A DNA stretch of 63,483 nt, filler included, from Thraustochytrium aureum (Eukaryota): assembly GCA_012862495.1 (NCBI GenBank). It is 6 parts of 5 records of this genome, joined end to end, with 100 filler letters (N's around TTAATTAATTAA, not from the genome) between each part and the next. Parts side by side here need not be neighbours in the genome. Positions count along the whole stretch, not along the records: positions 54,909 to 63,483 come from BLSG01000194.1; 5 more parts are not named here. One strand, 5' to 3'. The position numbers were made by a program, and so were the translations under genes. This document shows, piece by piece, positions 56,884 to 63,483 of this stretch; the stretch's first letter is position 1; each line of letters opens with the position of its first letter. Under the pieces are notes generated by a model. That model saw only the letters and a list, made by a program, of their open reading frames with translations, did not search any database and was not told the origin of the DNA.

Positions 56884-59355
56884 TTAAGGCTGTTGTGTAG
56901 GCCTATCGGAGGTACGTACACCTCCCTCCCCATCGCGTTTCCTCTTCTTGCCCACGAACCTAGAGACTTCGGCGGTCTTGATGACACCTTTCAGATCCGT
57001 TTTTTTCCGAAAGTAGCCCTTGCGGATGCACATGCACAACTCGGCAGCGACGCTGACGTGCAGGTGGTGCTTCTTACACTTGGTGATAGCCCAGATACCA
57101 TCGTTATCGGTGCAGAACACGGCTTTGAGGTTGCCCCCCGACTCGTTGAGCTTGTAGTACCCATTCGCTGAGTGGTCAGGTGAGATTTTTTCACTGCTGT
57201 ATGAGTCCAAGAGCAGCATGTTGTTCGACGTTGGGTTGATCTCCAAAGGTACCTTGTAGTACGCTAGCATGCGCCGAAAGCACACCAGGTGGCGCCCCAG
57301 TTCTGTCTCACGGATGTGCTCAGTGAGACTTTTGTCAGTGATGCAGAAGGCGACGCCGTGGCCAATACGAAGCGCAATGGGCTCCGTCATCGCAGCCATA
57401 GCCACTTCCGCATTCTTGTTGACAGCCGCTTCCAAAGCACTATTCGCGCCCGCATCATCTTCCACAGCAGCTTCCACAGCCTTGTTCCAGCGACACTCTG
57501 GTTCGCACCAGCCCAGAACGCCAGCATTGCCAACGTGGTCACCGTGTTCCTCTCGAAGGCCAACGACGATCCTCCAGATACCTTGCATGAGCGTGAGCAT
57601 GTTCAGAACAAACATGTCGCCGAGGGTCTTCGCAGCATCATCGTCGTGCGGGCTTGCCATGGAAGGTCGCAGGACCTGCTCTCCTGCGTGAACTCGAATA
57701 CCAAATCGTCCGTTGAACAACTGCTGCCACCGCTTCACCGCCGCTGTAACCTCTGTGTGCGCAAGCGCACACATAGGGACACACATCTCGTCGCCCACCC
57801 AGTCAAGCCCCACGACAAAGTTACGGAACAGCCATACGTTGGGTTCGCGTGGCCCGCCATCGCTGTCAGCATTCGCTCCGCTGTCACCGACTCCGAATGA
57901 GCTGTCTAACTTCTCCACAAGACTCAATGCATCCACCTTCTTCCCTGGGACGTACATATGCTTGATCGAATTGTCCTCACACAGCATCTCTGCGCGCTTC
58001 CGTAGGAATTCACCACGCTTCTCGCTGTGGGATGCAGCGTCTGGGTTAGGGGCCGCGTCAACTGGCCACTTCAAGTCCTTCAAGTCACTGACCGAGGCCA
58101 GGAGCTTCAGGACTTGAAAGGGCGACTTATTGCCGGTCACACTGGTTTTGAGTGGATAGCGCGGCAATGCGGCCAAGAATCTGAAGTCTGGCGCAGACTT
58201 GCCAGGGCAGTTGTAGTTCCCGTAGTCGGCTGCCCAGGACACGTCATGAGTCTTGCCCAGGCCGCAATTGTTGTAGGCTACGGCAATGTCTCTCCGGCGC
58301 ATCTTGCCAGGCAATTTCAAGTCGTCCGAATGTTCCTCACCATTGTCGTTGGTGATGTCATACGTGTCGAAGACCATGGTCTGCAGGATGCGGATGTTCG
58401 TGACGTCACGCGCTGAGATGGAGAACTCCACGTACCCAACACCGGCCCGCCCGTAACGGCCCAAGACGTGGTTGAGGAGGATGGCTAGCACCTCTAGGCG
58501 TTGTCCGTAAATGGAGTCCTTAAGGATAAAGCGTTGCGGGTAGAACGCTGTCGTAAACTGGCCGCGGAAGCGCGTGCCTACGTCGTGTTCGTCCGGTTCA
58601 TTGCCGCTGGCACCCAGGAAGCCAAAGCAATTGCGCACGCGTGCTTTGATGCTTGCAGACTTCTCCATGCACTCCACCAGGTCCGAGTTGGAGATGCCAA
58701 ATACCTGCGTAAACTCGTCCTCGCGCTGGTTGTACACGATGTGGAACTTGCAGATTTCGGAAAATCTCTTGGTCGGGACGGAAGCGAACAGCGACTCGAG
58801 TTCGATGGTTTGCTTTTGCAGGCGCAAGGCCTTCTGCTTCACTGCCTCATGTGTCTCTTCGGCGGGTGCATCGGAACTTACGACGCTGACCTCCACGTCG
58901 TCGGCGATGATACCGAAGCCAACGCACAAGTCTTCCATAGGGTACACCACGTCCATCGTAAACGTTTTGGGCTCCCATGCGACATCCCACTTCAGTGTCT
59001 CCCCTATCACGCCACGAGAGATTTTGAAGTGTGCTCTCCACGCCTCCTTCTTTTTTTTCGCTGCCGTCTTGTTCGCACCGGTCCGGGGCAGTAGGCCTAT
59101 AGGCGTTTGTGGAGGCATAGAGACGCGTCTGCTGTGCTCTTTGACAAGTGCATCAGCTATTTGTTTCACGCTGCTGTACTCCTTGGGCGTGAATACCGCA
59201 GGCAGGTAAGACTGCATGATCCGCGTGACCCAAAAGTCGTGGGACCCCATGCCCATCAAATGCGTGTGCAGTTCAGTTAAACGTTTTTTGGAGATGAATT
59301 TGTTCATGCACTTGTCCAAAGCCGACTCAGCGACCGTGGTGTGCACACCTGCCAT
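56884..59355 (-). CDS. Large adenosine/AMP-deaminase-fold metallohydrolase (~823 aa from ATG 59355)
   Basis: TELHTHL (HxH); GVGYVEFSI; VVGLDWVGDE; RVHAGE; RIGHG; LEINPTSN; CTDNDGIW; C-terminal GKKRKRD. Intronless and unbroken. Confidence 0.88.
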   Translation of the reverse strand: MAGVHTTVAESALDKCMNKFISKKRLTELHTHLMGMGSHDFWVTRIMQSYLPAVFTPKEYSSVKQIADALVKEHSRRVSMPPQTPIGLLPRTGANKTAAKKKKEAWRAHFKISRGVIGETLKWDVAWEPKTFTMDVVYPMEDLCVGFGIIADDVEVSVVSSDAPAEETHEAVKQKALRLQKQTIELESLFASVPTKRFSEICKFHIVYNQREDEFTQVFGISNSDLVECMEKSASIKARVRNCFGFLGASGNEPDEHDVGTRFRGQFTTAFYPQRFILKDSIYGQRLEVLAILLNHVLGRYGRAGVGYVEFSISARDVTNIRILQTMVFDTYDITNDNGEEHSDDLKLPGKMRRRDIAVAYNNCGLGKTHDVSWAADYGNYNCPGKSAPDFRFLAALPRYPLKTSVTGNKSPFQVLKLLASVSDLKDLKWPVDAAPNPDAASHSEKRGEFLRKRAEMLCEDNSIKHMYVPGKKVDALSLVEKLDSSFGVGDSGANADSDGGPREPNVWLFRNFVVGLDWVGDEMCVPMCALAHTEVTAAVKRWQQLFNGRFGIRVHAGEQVLRPSMASPHDDDAAKTLGDMFVLNMLTLMQGIWRIVVGLREEHGDHVGNAGVLGWCEPECRWNKAVEAAVEDDAGANSALEAAVNKNAEVAMAAMTEPIALRIGHGVAFCITDKSLTEHIRETELGRHLVCFRRMLAYYKVPLEINPTSNNMLLLDSYSSEKISPDHSANGYYKLNESGGNLKAVFCTDNDGIWAITKCKKHHLHVSVAAELCMCIRKGYFRKKTDLKGVIKTAEVSRFVGKKRKRDGEGGVRTSDRPTQQP

Positions 59356-59621
59356 TTCTCCGTCTTCGGTCTTGCCCGATGCGACAGCGTCCCGGTCCCG
59401 GCGACTGCGACGGCGTCCCGGCGAAATGCCCCCTGCGTTCTCGAGCACGTACGGCCAGCCCGTTGACTAATGTTCTGCCAGGTTGCAGGTCTGCTGGCGA
59501 GAGAATGCACTGACGGCGTGACACCACCCTGGCGAGCACATAAATTGATTCTTCATGGTGAGTGTTGGTGTAGGAGTTCGGCTGCCCTCCTTAGGCCGCC
59601 GCCGGCGGCCATGCACTCTAT

Positions 59622-59653
59622 AGACTTTCGGTTTCAGTTGAGAAAGTCATGCC
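59622..59653. repeat. Repeat A, second copy, upstream of the deaminase gene
   Basis: AGACTTTCGGTTTCAGTTGAGAAAGTCATGCC, in the same orientation as 56720-56757, with a 6-nt indel. Confidence 0.8.
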
Positions 59654-60180
59654 GGCCGGCCACCGTCCCGGCCGTNNNNNNNNNNNNNNNNNNNNNNNNN
59701 NNNNNNNNNNNNNNNNNNNNNNNNNNNNNNNNNNNNNNNNNNNNNNNNNNNNNNNNNNNNNNNNNNNNNNNNNNNNNNNNNNNNNNNNNNNNNNNNNNNN
59801 NNNNNNNNNNNNNNNNNNNNNNNNNNNNNNNNNNNNNNNNNNNNNNNNNNNNNNNNNNNNNNNNNNNNNNNNNNNNNNNNNNNNNNNNNNNNNNNNNNNN
59901 NNNNNNNNNNNNNNNNNNNNNNNNNNNNGTTCGCCGCCCTGCCCTCCTATGGTCGCGGTAGGCCAACCGGTAACTACCGGTAAATTACTCACGTACCACT
60001 CGGCTGACCAACATTCTGTTTCAGTGAGTTGCAGCCGCATCCCCTGTCACGGTACAACAAGTTGTACTACTACACGAACCGTCGTTGTTTTGTGTACGCG
60101 TGCTGGTGAATTTGTGCAAAATCCTGCGAAGACTCGGACGAGAAGAGGAGCGAAGAGGAGCAAAGAGGGACGAGAAGAGG

Positions 60181-60314
60181 ATGATGGCCTATGCGCGCAA
60201 CGACGGGAGGGTGAGGAGTCACTGAGGACTGCGGCGGAGGCGGTTGAAGAGAATGAAGAGTTTGGGGCTTACCTCCTGCCGGAGGAGGGGCGCTCAGAGT
60301 GTTCCGGTGTGTAA
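60181..60314 (+). pseudogene. Decayed 5' fragment paralogous to the Yippee-domain gene at 62744
   Basis: ATGGCCTATGCGCGCAACGACGGGAGGGTGAGGA..TTTGGGGCTTACCTCCTGCCGGAGGAGGGGCGCTCAGAGTGTTCCGGTG aligns with 62744-62860. An 11-nt insertion creates an early TGA. Confidence 0.8.
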
Positions 60315-60917
60315 CGACTTGGTATGTCCCGGCAGCGTGCCGGCAGCGTCCCGGTAGAGAGCGACTGGCATTCAACCTCCAACCCCTGCAACGACACAAC
60401 ACAATCACGGACAACACAAGACTCAACGGATAGGGACAAGCGGTTCGGATAAAAGCTCACAACGGTTTGGGGACAAACAGCGCCAAACGCTGTTGCTTTT
60501 GGGACGGACTGGCTGCCACCCGGCTGCCACCCGGCTGCCAACTGCAGGCCACCTTATTATAAATGGATGAAAATGAACTATTCTTGAAATGCTGCTTGTG
60601 AGACAAAGGACAGACATGACGGCGTCCGGAGTGTCGCAGAACCCCATGCGCCTGAGAAGGTAGGCGACTTCCAGCTCTAGAGAGCTAGTAGAGCATTGGT
60701 GAGCAGTTCAGCAAGTTGGTGAACCGTCTGAAAGTAGAAAGGCGCAGCCGTGTCCTCGTCCAGACCGCGTCTGATCCGCAGCCGCTGTTGATCGATGTAT
60801 CCCGCCAGCAGTCCCGCAACGCAAGGGTACCTGTGCATCATCTGAAACAGTGCAAGAAGGTGCCAAACAAGAACTTCGCCGCACAACAGAACTGCCAACG
60901 TACCGGCCGACGAGAAC

Positions 60918-61226
60918 ATGGCCACGCCGACGGTTGCTCAATTGTTAGGAAATAGAAAGGACGCCGATGACGCTCTTCGCCATCGATATATCCGCGAGTT
61001 CTTGGAGACGTTCAAAGTGACAGGGAATGGGACCATAAGGTGCAAGCGCGCTGACTACGATGGAATGAATGAATTCATACAACGGTGGCGTGAGGTTTTT
61101 GAAATCGAAGGTATCACTGTGCACGCTGCTCCTTTCATTGCCCAAGCGTTCGGCCAAACCCAGTCATTGTTGGCGAACAAGAAGGACGCGCTTCAGCTTT
61201 ACTCCGTCGCGTTGGTTTCTACCTGA
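60918..61226 (+). CDS. Orphan 102-aa hypothetical protein
   Basis: ATG in good context (AACATGG) and a natural-looking sequence. Confidence 0.5.
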   Translation: MATPTVAQLLGNRKDADDALRHRYIREFLETFKVTGNGTIRCKRADYDGMNEFIQRWREVFEIEGITVHAAPFIAQAFGQTQSLLANKKDALQLYSVALVST

Positions 61227-62743
61227 ATTGTTGTAAGGTGCTTTCAGCTGAACCGGATAATGAACGTATGGATCTAATTGAATTAGCTTGAGACAACAGA
61301 ACAGACGACCATTCATAAAGTTGACTTGCTTGTTCGTGCACCTCATTGTGCGGCACTGATGACACGCTCTACTGTATAGCATACATAGGCCTACACGTCG
61401 TCTGCTTGAAGCGGCGGGAGACATTTGGTTTGTGTCGACCAGTTGTGCATGTGGCAAGTGTGTTTGATTCGCTTTTTTGGAGAACAAATAGCCAACAACA
61501 GGGGTTGCCTCGATCCTCTCCGGGTGGCGCTGGAACTCCCTTGCTGCAAAACAACATTTGCCCGGTTCCGAAATACGGGCCATGATTCGTATCGCGATCG
61601 CCTCCACACCATCCTCACTGAGCGCACTGTTGAAGTTCGGNNNNNNNNNNNNNNNNNNNNNNNNNNNNNNNNNNNNNNNNNNNNNNNNNNNNNNNNNNNN
61701 NNNNNNNNNNNNNNNNNNNNNNNNNNNNNNNNNNNNNNNNNNNNNNNNNNNNNNNNNNNNNNNNNNNNNNNNNNNNNNNNNNNNNNNNNNNNNNNNNNNN
61801 NNNNNNNNNNNNNNNNNNNNNNNNNNNNNNNNNNNNNNNNNNNNNNNNNNNNNNNNNNNNNNNNNNNNNNNNNNNNNNNNNNNNNNNNNNNNNNNNNNNN
61901 NNNNNNNNNNNNNNNNNNNNNNNNNNNNNNNNNNNNNNNNNNNNNNNNNNNNNNNNNNNNNNNNNNNNNNNNNNNNNNNNNNNNNNNNNNNNNNNNNNNN
62001 NNNNNNNNNNNNNNNNNNNNNNNNNNNNNNNNNNNNNNNNNNNNNNNNNNNNNNNNNNNNNNNNNNNNNNNNNNNNNNNNNNNNNNNNNNNNNNNNNNNN
62101 NNNNNNNNNNNNNNNNNNNNNNNNNNNNNNNNNNNNNNNNNNNNNNNNNNNNNNNNNNNNNNNNNNNNNNNNNNNNNNNNNNNNNNNNNNNNNNNNNNNN
62201 NNNNNNNNNNNNNNNNNNNNNNNNNNNNNNNNNNNNNNNNNNNNNNNNNNNNNNNNNNNNNNNNNNNNNNNNNNNNNNNNNNNNNNNNNNNNNNNNNNNN
62301 NNNNNNNNNNNNNNNNNNNNNNNNNNNNNNNNNNNNNNNNNNNNNNNNNNNNNNNNNNNNCACAGCGCCACCTTGAGCACCCCTCCTGTCGCCGCGAGAC
62401 GTGCTGTGCGTGGACGACTGTGATTTTCGCTTGCCGTTTGGCGTCCGCGTCAATATTCGTCAGTCAGATGCAGAACATCTGTGTTCCGAAACTCAAATGT
62501 TTTCGCCATCCATCTCCAGTGAGTGCGGTAATGGGTGCTAGTATTATCGGTAGTTAGGGTTTACCCCCAGGCCTTTCGGGAGAAGACTAGTAGAGTACTG
62601 AGTACTCTGTAGCTACATAGAGTACAGCTACTTAGAGTAGCTAGTAGAGAGAGGACAGTACTCGAGTACCTTGGGTACCAGTACGAGACCGTACTACGAG
62701 TAGGTAATTCTCCTCCATGCAGACCCGAGAAAGAGCAAGGAGA

Positions 62744-63424
62744 ATGGTCTACGCGCGCAACGACGGGAGGGTGAGGACGGCGGCGGACCCGGTCGAGGAA
62801 GATGAGGAGTGGGGTGCCTATCTCCTGCCGGAGGAGGGGGCGCTCAAAGTGTTCCGGTGCCGACAGTGCGAGGTCCGGCTGGCGCAGGAAAGCGATTTGT
62901 GCAGACGGGCGCGGTTCGACCACCCTGCCGCTACGTTTACGCGGACTTTCAATTTGGTGCGGGTGGGGGAGGACGTGTGCTGCTGCCGATGCGGACTGGC
63001 GCTCTTCCCCGCGGACGACAGGGACCCGGCCATGCTGACTATCCCCCTGCTGTGGGGAGGGGAGAAAACACTGAAAATGACGGCGTTGCGCGGTGTGGCG
63101 ATGCTGTACACGTGGGATTTTCCTTACTATAGCTTCGATGGTAGATCTGGGAAGTTGATCATGTCAAAGCACCAAGCTTTCAAGTCACTGGAGAAACAGC
63201 TCCCCGCGTTGCTCCCTGGGCGGGCTGTAGAGTGGACCTTCATCGCTTACATGGACACCGATGTGTCACACAAGGGAAACATATTTCACTTGGAATACAC
63301 TCCCGAACGGATCGATACCGCGATGCAAGCCTTTCGCGATAACGGCGTTCACAAGTTCAACTTTGTTTTCCGTAACCGTCTTGGGTCTTTTATGGAGGCC
63401 TCCCGACTCAAGACGTTGGACTGA
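62744..63424 (+). CDS. Yippee/Mis18-like zinc-binding domain + unknown C-terminal domain (alternative ATG 62717)
   Basis: VFRCRQCEVRLAQESDL..ATFTRTFNL..DVCCCRCGLALF: two CxxC pairs with Yippee-like spacing and context. Confidence 0.65.
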   Translation: MVYARNDGRVRTAADPVEEDEEWGAYLLPEEGALKVFRCRQCEVRLAQESDLCRRARFDHPAATFTRTFNLVRVGEDVCCCRCGLALFPADDRDPAMLTIPLLWGGEKTLKMTALRGVAMLYTWDFPYYSFDGRSGKLIMSKHQAFKSLEKQLPALLPGRAVEWTFIAYMDTDVSHKGNIFHLEYTPERIDTAMQAFRDNGVHKFNFVFRNRLGSFMEASRLKTLD

Positions 63425-63483
63425 TCACCAAGACGGAGACCGGTGGCTTCCTTTGTTGGACGGACTACCCCTGTGCTGACATG

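Larger units (their letters stand above)
54909..63483. other. Compositionally distinct lower-GC scaffold with intronless orphan ORFs and dispersed repeats (candidate accessory/mobile/viral-derived region)
   Basis: For example, the line at 55261 is 26/60 G+C, against visibly higher GC in the host scaffolds. Internal duplications are present; no recognisable housekeeping gene. Confidence 0.55.

Noticed and set aside
60511..60542. 11-bp repeat GGCTGCCACCC x3
   Set aside because: Simple short slippage repeat with no evident function.
61164..62453. Minus-strand ORF spanning the 720-N gap
   Set aside because: Mostly unknown bases; the visible parts show no recognisable motif.

Overview
GC-rich, gene-dense, almost intron-free eukaryotic (protist-like) draft genome sequence. 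A thraustochytrid/stramenopile origin is plausible but cannot be proven from this window. The window is six separate scaffolds joined by artificial 100-nt spacers (44 N + TTAATTAATTAA + 44 N), with internal N gaps and many single-base frameshifts, so adjacency across spacers means nothing. Scaffolds 1-5 carry host genes: LRR/coiled-coil, ankyrin, ACSF3-like acyl-CoA synthetase, BT1 transporter, GT10 fucosyltransferase, RAB3GAP1, vWA, GCNA-like SprT, SET, FBXL-type LRR, thioesterase, DEAD-box helicase, START, MDM35/TRIAP1 and an EF-hand/ankyrin protein. Several host genes have unusual architectures: a DOT1-like methyltransferase fused to a TTLL12-type SET-like domain; an actin-fragmin-kinase-like pseudokinase fused to a HAD phosphatase; a membrane-anchored bacterial-type endonuclease I with ShK domains and a hidden NPxY tail; a PKDCC/VLK-like secretory kinase; and a degenerate archaemetzincin. 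The last scaffold (54909-63483) has visibly lower GC. It holds an intronless ~823-aa adenosine-deaminase-fold gene bracketed by direct repeats with inverted-repeat cores, short orphan ORFs separated by a conserved 38-bp motif, and a Yippee-domain gene with a decayed copy carrying a footprint-like insertion. This scaffold is the best candidate for an undescribed accessory, mobile or defence locus. All family assignments come from recognising motifs by eye; no searches were run.
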